IMG/VR virus record: IMGVR_UViG_3300042554_000410
Span: 34,497 to 98,496 of that record
Strand: one strand, 5' to 3'
Length of the DNA stretch: 64,000 nucleotides
DNA from: a virus
Taxonomy: Duplodnaviria > Caudoviricetes
A model generated the notes under the pieces. The model saw only the letters and a program-made list of their open reading frames with translations. It was not told where the DNA came from and ran no database searches. Shown piece after piece: positions 33,749-43,606 of the stretch (positions are counted from its first letter, which is position 1; each line of letters starts with the position of its first letter). The translations under genes and the position numbers were made by a program.

Positions 33749-34371
33749 TACGCTACCTTCTTTGGTCTACCTCTACCACGCTTTACAGGCTCATTCTCTT
33801 GTATAGTGTACTTTCTCATTTCTTCTTGAGTCATTGTGATATTACCAGACATTATACCAGTTGAACCTAGGCCACCCACGCGGTCTGTCTTCTGTGTTGG
33901 TGCATCAAAGATTTCCCATAACACATATTCTTCACTCTTTATCAACTCGGCCTGAGCAATACGGTCGCCGTGATAAATCGTCTGGTCGACATCGGACTGA
34001 TTAGTCAGAATGATAAATGTTTCTTCGATGTAATCAGAATCGATGACTGCTTCTAGATTGGCCAAAACAAGACCCTGCTTGTAAGACAGTCCAGAGCGAG
34101 GATGAATGCGTAGAGAGTGTCCTGCAGGAATATCAAAGATGAGTCCTGTAGGCACTAACACTCTGTCGCCTGGCATGATACGAATTGAACCTGTCGATAG
34201 TGGTCGAGTGAAAGGCGCATTCGTCTTGTTATAGCCGTGATAGAGAGACTTGCCCTCGGCCTGAAATGATAAGTCAAAACATGCTGATTGCTTTGTGGCA
34301 AACTTAGGTAATGTAATATTTGGATCAGTCTTATATACGTTCAATCTTTTCATAGTATACTCCATTGTCAT
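33748..34371 (-). CDS. dut: dUTPase
   Basis: ACFDL; LVPTG; PRSGL; VIDSDY; GDRIAQ; RVGGLGSTG. Confidence 0.92.
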   Translation of the reverse strand: MTMEYTMKRLNVYKTDPNITLPKFATKQSACFDLSFQAEGKSLYHGYNKTNAPFTRPLSTGSIRIMPGDRVLVPTGLIFDIPAGHSLRIHPRSGLSYKQGLVLANLEAVIDSDYIEETFIILTNQSDVDQTIYHGDRIAQAELIKSEEYVLWEIFDAPTQKTDRVGGLGSTGIMSGNITMTQEEMRKYTIQENEPVKRGRGRPKKVA

Positions 34372-34373
34372 AA

Positions 34374-35690
34374 TTATCTTGAAATTTCTTCCCAGTCCAT
34401 AGATCCATGAACGTCCAAGTTATCAGATACTCCCGCAACTGTAAGAGTTAAAGGATAACCTGCTGTGTCGTTCAAAGAATCTCTTTCTAACTGGAACTTA
34501 AATAGTGCTTCTTTTAGAATATCAGTTGGTACCGCACTCTGAGTGTCTGATGAAAGATATCCTTGAGCCATTACTATACCACCAGTTACAACATTGTTTG
34601 CTACCATATTATATTCTACGGCCGAATCTGTGCCAGCAGAAGTAAACATGGTATTAGATAATGTTGCGTTACGAATAACTTTCCATACAAACTTACCGTT
34701 GTTACCGATACCCATTACTGATAATGCTGTAAGAATAACTATAGCATCTTTTCTAGCTTCTTTCAATCGTATTGCTGCAACAGCATAATCTGTACCAGCA
34801 GTAAACAATCTTCTAGGTGTCAGTATGGAAGTACCGATAGATTGCTGAAATCCTCTTAGTTCGTAACCGCCTTCCGAGATGACAGAAGAACACACTTGCT
34901 TCAATGTGCTTGAGTTGCCTGTCGGCCCAACATTCTTAATCTCATATCTCAAAGGCAGAGATGCTGTAGTCATGTATGTTGTTGCAACATAATTTGCATG
35001 ATGAAAAGAGTGACAGTGAATTAACTGACCGTCGAGTACAAATCCACAACGAACTGTGCCGAGACCTAACCATTCAATGTCAGTAAATAGAATTTGCGCT
35101 TTGCTCAAGTCTAGAGTTCTTTGAGACGGGCTACTTTCTACTGTACCTAGAAGTGTGTCTATATTCCAATCGGCTTGTGCAACTCTATTCTCAGTCATTA
35201 CACCAGATGATGATGTTCTTTCTACAAAGTAGATATCGCCGTTAGCCTGTTCCAGATAGATGCCATTGTTTGATCCGTAATAACCAACGCGCTGTGTTAG
35301 ATTTAACTGAGCGTTTGCCATCACAAATGTATTAAGAACTTGTAATGATTTACCTGGCTGATAGGAGAAGACTTTGGTTGTTTCGCGGATAATCTCATGA
35401 CTGGTAGTTGTACCAACAGATAGATTGATTACACCTTCATTGGGAGAGAACGTGATTGTGGTACCAGAACTATTAGACTGCACCCAAAGTCCGTTGTCTC
35501 TATATCTGTGAGACGAATCAAACATAGTCAAAGGAGCAGAAACTCTGGATCTGCCGAAAGCATCTACGGACATGCCAGATGGATTAGCAGGACCAACCAG
35601 ATTGCCGTATTGATCGGCCAGCATCATAACTTCGAAGATTGTAGTCTCTTGCGGTAGATACTTGTGCGTGTCTTTACGGAACTGTGCCAT
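34374..35690 (-). CDS. Putative virion structural protein
   Basis: DAFGRSRVS...YQPGKS...EWLGLGTVRCGF; Thr/Ser/Gly- and beta-rich. Confidence 0.6.
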   Translation of the reverse strand: MAQFRKDTHKYLPQETTIFEVMMLADQYGNLVGPANPSGMSVDAFGRSRVSAPLTMFDSSHRYRDNGLWVQSNSSGTTITFSPNEGVINLSVGTTTSHEIIRETTKVFSYQPGKSLQVLNTFVMANAQLNLTQRVGYYGSNNGIYLEQANGDIYFVERTSSSGVMTENRVAQADWNIDTLLGTVESSPSQRTLDLSKAQILFTDIEWLGLGTVRCGFVLDGQLIHCHSFHHANYVATTYMTTASLPLRYEIKNVGPTGNSSTLKQVCSSVISEGGYELRGFQQSIGTSILTPRRLFTAGTDYAVAAIRLKEARKDAIVILTALSVMGIGNNGKFVWKVIRNATLSNTMFTSAGTDSAVEYNMVANNVVTGGIVMAQGYLSSDTQSAVPTDILKEALFKFQLERDSLNDTAGYPLTLTVAGVSDNLDVHGSMDWEEISR

Positions 35691-35691
35691 A

Positions 35692-36096
35692 TTATTCTTC
35701 CTTGCGCTTCTTGCCTATATTGTATTTAGCGACGAGATTCCACTCGGACTTTTCTTTATGAGATATTATCTTGATTTGAGACAATGGAGCGACTGGATCA
35801 CTACTCTTTTGCTCACTTACCAGATTGACCAATTCCCACTCATGAAGCAGGTTGGCAATAGTATTAAGACGGGCGCGGTCATCCTCTGTGAAGTCTGACT
35901 GCTTCCCGTCTAGTAAAAATAACTGCTTAAAATGAACTATGTAATATCTGCCCTGCTTATGTAATATGTGACATGATTGATACAGGGTCTTATCTTTCTT
36001 AGAGGCTACACCTATGCGCGAAAGGGTCTCACGAACCTTTAGAAAGTTGTCAGGATTTGGTAGCGTTACCTCCACTAGTTCTTTTATGTCTAACAT
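35692..36096 (-). CDS. regA: Translational repressor RegA
   Basis: FLKVRETLSRIGVAS...LYQSCHILHKQGRYYIVHFK. Confidence 0.95.
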   Translation of the reverse strand: MLDIKELVEVTLPNPDNFLKVRETLSRIGVASKKDKTLYQSCHILHKQGRYYIVHFKQLFLLDGKQSDFTEDDRARLNTIANLLHEWELVNLVSEQKSSDPVAPLSQIKIISHKEKSEWNLVAKYNIGKKRKEE

Positions 36097-36475
36097 TCAA
36101 ACCACCTTTATTTAAACTCTTTTTAATCTCTTCGATTTGCGCGTTAGACAAGATGGTAAGGGCTTCTTTGGCCTTCTCATTTGAGTAGCCAAAATACTCT
36201 TTAACCGCCTCCAAATTCTCTATAATCTCACGCTTTTGCCATTTTTGAAAAGGACGCTTATACGCCCTTACAGTATTTAGCAAATAGTGGTATTGTAGGA
36301 GACTATCGGTCGAGGGCTGGAGATTCATCTGGTTAGCAGGCATCACCATATCCATGTGAAAGGATATGGAACGATTAACGACGAACGGGACATAGTCCCG
36401 CTCGTTCTCTTGTGTTATGACTACCTTCTTGGTCTGCTGGATAGAAGGTATAATATCTTTGAAAAGATCAGTCAA
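36050..36475 (-). CDS. 62: Clamp loader small subunit (gp62)
   Basis: YVPFVVNRSIS...VKEYFGYSNEKAKEAL; synteny with regA. Confidence 0.9.
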   Translation of the reverse strand: MTDLFKDIIPSIQQTKKVVITQENERDYVPFVVNRSISFHMDMVMPANQMNLQPSTDSLLQYHYLLNTVRAYKRPFQKWQKREIIENLEAVKEYFGYSNEKAKEALTILSNAQIEEIKKSLNKGGLNVRHKRTSGGNATKS

Positions 36476-37618
36476 TTAGTTTTTCCAATCAAAAGGTTTA
36501 CCGTCTACATCTACAACGGTAGTTTCTTTCTTAATGCCCTTCTTCTTTGGATCAGCATCTATAAGTTGCGGTAAAAATCCACCGAAAGCGATAGGAAACT
36601 TTTTGTTGGATTTAGAATCTGTCATATATTCACAGATGGCAACAATAGAGTCGAGAGTGTTTTGAAACGCAATCAACCAGTTTTGTCTTTGCTCTCTCAA
36701 AGGAGTCTTGCCAGGATTTTCAAAATATGCAAAAATCTTAACTTCAGGAAGTTCTTTCAGATGACCATAAGCGCCGCTCTTGTGTTCTATGTCATCAAGA
36801 ACTTGCTTGAGAAGTTTGATAGCATTTGAAATTGTCATTCGAGCAGTCTTTTCTGTCGTGATATATCCAAAATATCCCGTGTCATCATAGTTCGCATCGC
36901 CGCCATAAGGAATCTTAAATTCGTTTGCAGCAGCATTAGAAACGTTATGATCACCAACACCCTTAACAAGGTAGACACGATACTTTGAATTACCCTGTCT
37001 ATTCATGACATCGTTAATGATGGTCTGACGCCGAGACTTTGAAAGATGACTTCCAGTCTCATTAACAAAATCAGTTACAGACTTTAGATCAGAAGCAAGA
37101 TACTTCTTGTTGATGCAATTAAGAGCAGAGTTTGTAATATCACCTGCATCAGATCCTCTCTTTGGCTTGTCTACCTTATTAAGGTTCAGCTTAGAGATTT
37201 CTAGAGAAAGTGGATTTTCTGGTTGATACACATCTGCTACAATGTGTTGACAACCAAGATCGTTCGTCGCATTAATTCGCGTGAATCCATCATGAACGAT
37301 ATACTTCTTGTTTTTAGGATCCCAAACAACAAGAATTGGTTGCTCATCATATAACCAACCGTTATTCTCAAAAGAATCTCTTAGATCATTCTTATGATCT
37401 GCATGAGTTCCTTTATGACGCGCCTGATGTTCAGTATCAACTACAGCATCATTTTCAATGTTGATTACCTTACGCTCAATCCACTTCATTCCCCTTGGCT
37501 TTAAAGGAGGAGCTTCTCTCAAAGACCTCTTTATATCAAAAGTGATAGGATCAATAAAGTCAGTTTTGGAATATCCTGTATTCCAGACGTTTTTGTGTTC
37601 TGTTTCTTCAAACAACAT
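36476..37618 (-). CDS. ParB/Srx-like N-terminal domain protein inserted between 44 and 62
   Basis: L.DSF..NGW....PI.V...YIVHDGFTR..A; has its own TTGACA-N17-TAATAT promoter. Confidence 0.6.
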   Translation of the reverse strand: MLFEETEHKNVWNTGYSKTDFIDPITFDIKRSLREAPPLKPRGMKWIERKVINIENDAVVDTEHQARHKGTHADHKNDLRDSFENNGWLYDEQPILVVWDPKNKKYIVHDGFTRINATNDLGCQHIVADVYQPENPLSLEISKLNLNKVDKPKRGSDAGDITNSALNCINKKYLASDLKSVTDFVNETGSHLSKSRRQTIINDVMNRQGNSKYRVYLVKGVGDHNVSNAAANEFKIPYGGDANYDDTGYFGYITTEKTARMTISNAIKLLKQVLDDIEHKSGAYGHLKELPEVKIFAYFENPGKTPLREQRQNWLIAFQNTLDSIVAICEYMTDSKSNKKFPIAFGGFLPQLIDADPKKKGIKKETTVVDVDGKPFDWKN

Positions 37619-37763
37619 GTTTTTTTTCTTTCAACAGCGATTGAAAGTCAATTAATTCACATTCAATCTTGGTTTATGTTACATACTAAAGATGACCGAT
37701 AAATCCTTCATTCTTAGCATTGTTATATATTAGCAAATTTTCTTAGAAGTGTCAACTCTTTTT

Positions 37764-38711
37764 TTAATTATATTCACAGTCTACCATCAATTCAGTTAGA
37801 CACGCTACTAGATTGATTTCTTGATCGGCCACAAACGCGGCCTGATACTGATACTTGCCGATAGTTACCACCGCTTGTGGAATACTATGCGGCTTCATAT
37901 ACTCATACAGACCATCGTAAATCTTGCGATAGATACGTGCAGGCTCAATATCAGAATTGGCTACACACCACTTCCGCATTTCTCCAAAGTTCTTTTCTTT
38001 CAGAGAGTTTACTAGATCGGCAATCTTTCTTACGTCAGAAAGTTGAGATACAATACCAGCATCCAAGTTGCCACTGCTGCTGAAACGCTGCAACTCATTA
38101 AGAGTACGGCGATAATCAGGAAAATACTTTTCAATGATTTTTGCAAGGACTGCCTTGTCATACTTGACACTTTCTTCGGTAAGAATGTTCTCCATTCGCT
38201 TCATCAATTGCATTGCCATCTTTGGCTTTTCGTCAGCCTTGAGAGCAAAGTCAATTACAGAACAGCGAGAATGTAGAGCGTCAATCAAACGAGCCTTGAA
38301 GTTGCAAGTGAAGATGAATGTGCAGTTAGCAGCAAACTCTTCAATTGCACCACGCATCGCGGCCTGTGCTTCTGGTGTAAGATAGTCGGCCTCGTCCAGG
38401 ATGATTACCTTAGTACCGCCAGTCAGCGAAACAGTTGAGGCATAGTTACGAATGGTTGTTCGCAACATATCAATACCACGATTTTCAGACGCATTGATGT
38501 AGAGATGATTGATACCAATCTCATCACACATGGCCTTAGCAATTGTAGTTTTACCTACACCTGCTGAACCAGTGAGCATGAGATTTGGTATTTCTTTACG
38601 GTCAACATATTCCTGAAACGGCTTCTTTAGTCGATCAGGAAGAATACAATCACTGACCGAGGTTGGGCGGTACTTCTCTACCCACAGGAAGGATTCGTTC
38701 GTCAATTTCAT
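37764..38711 (-). CDS. 44: Clamp loader large subunit (gp44)
   Basis: LWVEKYRP; GSAGVGKTT; ILDEAD; SRC. Confidence 0.96.
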   Translation of the reverse strand: MKLTNESFLWVEKYRPTSVSDCILPDRLKKPFQEYVDRKEIPNLMLTGSAGVGKTTIAKAMCDEIGINHLYINASENRGIDMLRTTIRNYASTVSLTGGTKVIILDEADYLTPEAQAAMRGAIEEFAANCTFIFTCNFKARLIDALHSRCSVIDFALKADEKPKMAMQLMKRMENILTEESVKYDKAVLAKIIEKYFPDYRRTLNELQRFSSSGNLDAGIVSQLSDVRKIADLVNSLKEKNFGEMRKWCVANSDIEPARIYRKIYDGLYEYMKPHSIPQAVVTIGKYQYQAAFVADQEINLVACLTELMVDCEYN

Positions 38712-38901
38712 TCACCATTCTTTGAAGAAGTTCTTTAGCGCCAATGCCGCCAAGATTTTGCACGAAGATGCTCTTAGACGTTACCATCATGTTAGATGCC
38801 AACATTAGAACATCTTCAACATTATCGCACATCATGATCTGCCTGTCAATAGGCTCCATGAGTTCTACCATGCGTCTAATCAAATTTTCCTTTTCAATCA
38901 T
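38650..38901 (-). CDS. Hypothetical protein
   Basis: PIDRQIMMCD motif; coupled ORF. Confidence 0.55.
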   Translation of the reverse strand: MIEKENLIRRMVELMEPIDRQIMMCDNVEDVLMLASNMMVTSKSIFVQNLGGIGAKELLQRMVNEIDERILPVGREVPPNLGQ

Positions 38902-39404
38902 CAGATTCGTTTCCTTTTGTTGAATCTAGATTTCAGCAAAATAGCACACGTTTCGTCAAGTGTTTCATATTCAACTCTCAGATTTTCTACTTTAGGAAAC
39001 TCTGATTGTGGAAAAAACTTTACATAGATGTTATCAGGACTAACCCCAGCAAGTCTTGCTTTTTTACCTGCTGGATGATCCTCATCGTGTCTCGAAACAT
39101 TATGGAGTTCTTTCACGAAACGATATACTCTTTGGTGCATTGAGTAATTTGATGTGCCAGTATATAGGCAAGAAAGACTATTCCAAGTCTTTTCGTATAT
39201 TGCATAAAGACCTGGAACATCTATCTCACTGTGTCTCGGTTGAAAAAACTTAAACCCTTCCATAAAAAACGCAACCGAACATCCATTATTTGGTGTAACA
39301 AACGAATGAACTTTATAGAATGGTAGTTTTGCTCCGAGAGTTACAATCTTACGAGCGTAATCCCAGTTACTAACGTAGGACTCGCCATAAAGATCAACTG
39401 ACAT
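38901..39404 (-). CDS. GIY-YIG-like nuclease domain protein
   Basis: GLYAIY...LYTGTS...R...E...FN. Confidence 0.5.
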   Translation of the reverse strand: MSVDLYGESYVSNWDYARKIVTLGAKLPFYKVHSFVTPNNGCSVAFFMEGFKFFQPRHSEIDVPGLYAIYEKTWNSLSCLYTGTSNYSMHQRVYRFVKELHNVSRHDEDHPAGKKARLAGVSPDNIYVKFFPQSEFPKVENLRVEYETLDETCAILLKSRFNKRKRI

Positions 39405-39688
39405 TACTTCATGACTCCATCATAGAACTCTTCAAAGTTCCTATTCTCTTCCTGTTCCTGAGAATAGTTGGCCTTGAAGTAGACCTTAGCCATGCGGCGG
39501 ATGATCTTCTTGTCAACACCAGTCTTGTCTGAAATGGAGTTGACACTATCCTTCTGAAAGTCTCTCTCAGCAGCAACTCGCGTCATGCTATCATTCAATT
39601 GCTGAATTGCTTCCTTGAGTTCCTTTTTCTGAGATTCCGTCAGAGAATTGATACTAACAAAGTTTTGATTGTGACCCATACCAGCCAT
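39404..39688 (-). CDS. dsDNA-binding protein (DsbA-like)
   Basis: KK.IRRMAKVYFK.NY..E...FEEFY. Confidence 0.55.
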   Translation of the reverse strand: MAGMGHNQNFVSINSLTESQKKELKEAIQQLNDSMTRVAAERDFQKDSVNSISDKTGVDKKIIRRMAKVYFKANYSQEQEENRNFEEFYDGVMK

Positions 39689-40341
39689 TACTTGCTCTCC
39701 AGTGCGATGAAATACTTGATCTTGCCAGACTTAGATACAAACTTAGCGAATGCTCCAAGCTGAATTTCAACATCATAGTCACCAGGAATCAACTTGATGT
39801 TTTCGACCTTGAACGATGCAGTAAAGTCTTCGCCAGTATAATCATTCAGCTTGAACGATGCATAGTTAGAAGTATCGTTGGCCTTTTCATGCGTCTGCAA
39901 ACGAATCTCGCCGTTCTTACCAACAACGGAAAGATGTGTGAGATTGTTCATTGCAGCCAGACGCAGCAACTTGGTAAGAATGGCGTTTGTAAGAGAGAAA
40001 CTTACATCAACCTGTTTCAACTTCAACTCCTTGTCGGGAGGAGAAACGATGAGATTGGTAGAACAAGAATAATAGTTGAACTTGATATCACCATCATTCA
40101 TGAGAACCGCGTTGTCAGTAAACGTCAAGTCTGGATTGTTCAGTGTAGAGATGTTACCAAGAAACTGGTTCAAGTCATAGATGCCGAACTGTTCGGGCAG
40201 AACATCTTCAACTTCCGCTTCGACCAGAATGGACTTTTCGGGAGAGATAGTCTTCTGTAGATTTCCCTTTTGAAGGACAATTCCAGAATTGATAGACGAA
40301 AAGTTCTTCAATACACTCAGGGTGTTTTCACTCAACTTCAT
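39688..40341 (-). CDS. 45: Sliding clamp (gp45)
   Basis: MKLSENTLSVLKNFSSIN...FGIYDLNQFL...YFIALE. Confidence 0.95.
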   Translation of the reverse strand: MKLSENTLSVLKNFSSINSGIVLQKGNLQKTISPEKSILVEAEVEDVLPEQFGIYDLNQFLGNISTLNNPDLTFTDNAVLMNDGDIKFNYYSCSTNLIVSPPDKELKLKQVDVSFSLTNAILTKLLRLAAMNNLTHLSVVGKNGEIRLQTHEKANDTSNYASFKLNDYTGEDFTASFKVENIKLIPGDYDVEIQLGAFAKFVSKSGKIKYFIALESK

Positions 40342-40367
40342 AATATAAACTCCGATTTGTTTTTGGA

Positions 40368-41027
40368 TTACGCTGCTATTGTATCAGGCTTTTGAGGCCC
40401 TGTAAAGACCTTTTTCATGTGTTCGATATCTCCTTCAAGTGAGGAGATAGTTCCAGTATTGTGCAATTCATGATCCATTATAGAACCAATCCATGCCCAT
40501 TCTGAATAATGAATACCAGTCTTTTCCATTTCTTCTTGTGCTTCTGGATTATGTGCAAAACTGATATTGTTAGCAGCATGAGCGAGATCATACCAATCGG
40601 GATCAGGACCACGCTTTACACGAATGACAAAGCCACCCTTTGACTGGATGAATGCAATCTCGTTAGGGAAACGAACGTCAGCAATGACTACGTTTGGATA
40701 CATGTCCATCTTACGTTCAAGTGAATGAATCCAAATGTCTGGATGAAATACCTCACGGCCAGCCTCGGTACCCATCATCTGGAGAGCCATGCGAGGAGAG
40801 AAATTGTAGCCCATCTTCTCTGACCACCAATCGTCAGTTGCCTCACGAAATGCTCGGCTCTCATCAGTATCGCCTTCTAAAAGATGTCGCGGCCATCCGA
40901 AGATGGCCGCTGTAGCGTCCTTTACTGTATCAGCAAAAGACAGTTTTGTAAAGTTATGCTTGTTCACAAGAATATCAGCAACAGTACCTTTACCTGAGCC
41001 GATAAATCCTACAATACCAATTAGCAT
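40368..41027 (-). CDS. dNMP kinase (gp1-like)
   Basis: GFIGSGKGT; PRMALQMMGTE; DVRFPNE; HYSEW. Confidence 0.9.
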   Translation of the reverse strand: MLIGIVGFIGSGKGTVADILVNKHNFTKLSFADTVKDATAAIFGWPRHLLEGDTDESRAFREATDDWWSEKMGYNFSPRMALQMMGTEAGREVFHPDIWIHSLERKMDMYPNVVIADVRFPNEIAFIQSKGGFVIRVKRGPDPDWYDLAHAANNISFAHNPEAQEEMEKTGIHYSEWAWIGSIMDHELHNTGTISSLEGDIEHMKKVFTGPQKPDTIAA

Positions 41028-41028
41028 G

Positions 41029-41922
41029 TTATAGATTCCCTGTTAGTTCCGCAATCTTGACCATGTTACCATTGAACGCATAAGTTCCCATATGCGTAGT
41101 TCTCATCCACGGACACAACCAGATTGAGCCGCCGATCTTGCGCCAATACTGACAGAACATATAGTCTTCTGACAGATAGCGATGAGACGAGTTGACTTCC
41201 TTTTCAAGGAGTTCTTTGGCTTGATCTTGGACGTTCTCGCCTTTCGCTGCGGCTTCCATCATTTGATGGACCTTATCGAAAGGATCACCACGATCAATGA
41301 CAGTATCAAAGTATGCATGAATATACCTTGAGCCATCGAAGTGAGCCTGACCAACGTGATCTGGCTTGTATGTCAAGTTTGGATATGCTTCCTTGAACTT
41401 GTCAAACACATGACGCTTGATCAACATATAACCAGTACCGATTTCCATAACCTCAAGAGGCTCAGAAACACGGAATGATTTTGTGCCAGGAACTGGATTG
41501 AACACATAATCGCCAGTCAGCGCATCTAAGTCGCCAGCATTCATGGCTGGATTCTTTGTGAGAGCAAGAGCGATATTGCGCCAGTTGATAGACTTCTTTG
41601 GATACGGAGCACCAATTACATCCTTATCCAGTGCAATGAGGGCTAGAACATCCTGCGGATCAAAGCAGATGTCGGAGTCGAGAAAGAGTAGATGAGTAAA
41701 ATCGGAACGTAAAAATTCATCTACAAGATAATTACGTGCGCGTGTGATGAGAGATTCATTAAACAGAAAAGAAAAACGAATATCAATTCCGTATTGCATA
41801 CACAGGCCCTGCAAATCTAATGCAGCCTTTGAATACATTCCGTGACACTGCCCACCATACATTGGCGTAGCAACGAACAACTTTGCTTTTCTTAAATCTT
41901 CAACTTTAACCTGTAACTGCAT
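41029..41922 (-). CDS. GT-A fold glycosyltransferase-like protein
   Basis: ATPMYGG...ESLITRARN...LLFLDSD...GTGYMLIKR...LSEDY.FC. Confidence 0.65.
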   Translation of the reverse strand: MQLQVKVEDLRKAKLFVATPMYGGQCHGMYSKAALDLQGLCMQYGIDIRFSFLFNESLITRARNYLVDEFLRSDFTHLLFLDSDICFDPQDVLALIALDKDVIGAPYPKKSINWRNIALALTKNPAMNAGDLDALTGDYVFNPVPGTKSFRVSEPLEVMEIGTGYMLIKRHVFDKFKEAYPNLTYKPDHVGQAHFDGSRYIHAYFDTVIDRGDPFDKVHQMMEAAAKGENVQDQAKELLEKEVNSSHRYLSEDYMFCQYWRKIGGSIWLCPWMRTTHMGTYAFNGNMVKIAELTGNL

Positions 41923-41994
41923 TAGAAAACTCCATAATAAAAAGAGGGAAGGACACTAGTATATAGTATCCATCCCTCTGAGATTCGTTAAAGA

Positions 41995-42207
41995 TTAGGC
42001 AGCAAAACGATAAAACATCTTGCGCTGACCATTCACAGTACGATAGTTGCTGTAGATGGTCTTGCCTTCCAAGGTGCGAAGGTCATAGACGCGCTTGTAA
42101 ACAGCGTCCTTGGACAGACCAGCCAGCTGGGCTACACGACCAGCTGTAATACCAGCGCCCTTGCTGTTACGGCGAAGAACCTTGGCAACGCGAGAAAGAT
42201 GAGACAT
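41995..42207 (-). CDS. Small HTH DNA-binding protein
   Basis: ITAGRVAQLAGLSKDAVYKRVYDLR. Confidence 0.65.
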   Translation of the reverse strand: MSHLSRVAKVLRRNSKGAGITAGRVAQLAGLSKDAVYKRVYDLRTLEGKTIYSNYRTVNGQRKMFYRFAA

Positions 42208-42284
42208 TCAATACACTCCATAGTAAAAATGAGTCACTTGGTTTAAGATAATCGGACAATGTGTGACTCTTTGCCATTGTCTGA

Positions 42285-42315
42285 TTATTGTAGCAGGCAT
42301 TAACTGCCTTGTCAA
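42285..42315 (-). promoter_or_regulatory. sigma70-type early promoter
   Basis: TTGACA-N17-TACAAT; similar promoters near 43583-43610, 45868-45896 and 53896-53924. Confidence 0.65.
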
Positions 42316-42318
42316 GCA

Positions 42319-43542
42319 TTAAAACGGCACCTCTTCATCAAGATTGACAGCCGTGACAGTTTCAGTCGGCTTCGGCGCAACAGTTTCGTCCAGCTTGGCG
42401 TAAAGATCCCAGAAGCCGCCCTTAGTGTCTACATCAAAGCGGTTCAGACAAAGCTTGATTGCCTTCTCACGGTCGCGGCCGAAGATGGCGTAGGCCTCGC
42501 AGATATGAACCAGACGGCGAGTGGAGATGATATCGGAAACCGCACCATCGTAGAACGCCTTACGGATCATGTCAGCCCAGTTGACCAGCTTGTCTGCAAA
42601 GTCCTGGTCTTCAATACCAGAAGCACCGAGAACATTGTTCAGGATCTTTGCTTCGGTCTTGAGCGGCGGATATTCCTGCTCAAACGTGATGGAGAAACGC
42701 TCAAGGAAAGCTTCGTTCATCACGTTGGTACCGATGAAGCGACCGTCATCAGAACCCTTACCCTTGGTGTTAGCCGTAGCAAGGATGTTGAAGCCAGGCG
42801 CAGGCGTCACAACCCGATTGATCTTCTTGAGATAGATCGGCTTGCCCTCAAGGACAGGCTGGAGACACATAAGCTTGGCGTCACCGAGATCCACTTCGTC
42901 AAGCAACAGGATTGCACCACGTTCCATGGCCACGATAACAGGGCCGTTCTGCCAGACAGTCTTGCCGTCAATAAGACGGAAGCCACCGATCAGATCGTCC
43001 TCGTCAGTTTCCTTCGTGATGTTAGCACGAACCAGTTCACGCTTTTCCTGAGCCGCAATCTGCTCAATCATCATGGTCTTACCGTTGCCAGACAGACCAG
43101 TGATGTAAGTCGGATAGAACTTACCAGACTTGATAATCATGCGAACATCAGGAAAGTGACCGAATGGAACATAACCCTTAGCCTTGTCAGGCACCAGAGA
43201 GATGGAATCACTAGAAGCATGAAGAGCCATCGCCATGTCGGCGTGATTGGCCACTTCCGTGACCTGAGCAACAGGAACAGCCGAAGCAATATCGGCCGCC
43301 TTGATCGGCTTAGACTTGGCAATCTTTGCAGCAGGCTTTGCATTGGACATGTCAACATTACCCAGAGAATAGACACCACGACCGACGCGAACGGCGTCAT
43401 TCTTGGTCAACCACAGCGGATCCTTAAGACCGTACTTTTCCATGATTGCGAACACTTCGGCGCGGGTAATGGTGTTAACATTACCAAGTTCGGCCTTAAC
43501 AGCATTCAGGAACGGGGTCTTATCAACGGGGCGCTTAGCCAT
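42319..43542 (-). CDS. cobS: MoxR/CobS-like AAA+ ATPase
   Basis: GLSGNGKT; DEDDLIGG; LLLDEVD; ATANTKGKGSDDGRFIGTN. Confidence 0.9.
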   Translation of the reverse strand: MAKRPVDKTPFLNAVKAELGNVNTITRAEVFAIMEKYGLKDPLWLTKNDAVRVGRGVYSLGNVDMSNAKPAAKIAKSKPIKAADIASAVPVAQVTEVANHADMAMALHASSDSISLVPDKAKGYVPFGHFPDVRMIIKSGKFYPTYITGLSGNGKTMMIEQIAAQEKRELVRANITKETDEDDLIGGFRLIDGKTVWQNGPVIVAMERGAILLLDEVDLGDAKLMCLQPVLEGKPIYLKKINRVVTPAPGFNILATANTKGKGSDDGRFIGTNVMNEAFLERFSITFEQEYPPLKTEAKILNNVLGASGIEDQDFADKLVNWADMIRKAFYDGAVSDIISTRRLVHICEAYAIFGRDREKAIKLCLNRFDVDTKGGFWDLYAKLDETVAPKPTETVTAVNLDEEVPF

Positions 43543-43606
43543 ATTAGGAACTTTCCTTTGTGTGTGTTTCGATTACGTGTATATTATAGCAGGTAGGAAT
43601 GATTTG

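Noticed and set aside
38901-39404. Active homing endonuclease or mobile element
   Set aside because: Only a degenerate GIY-YIG-like motif with no DNA-binding extension; not enough evidence to call it mobile.
42505-43596. 363-aa plus-strand ORF
   Set aside because: Antisense shadow of the cobS-like gene; TTG start, no recognisable motifs, explained by the codon bias of the sense gene.
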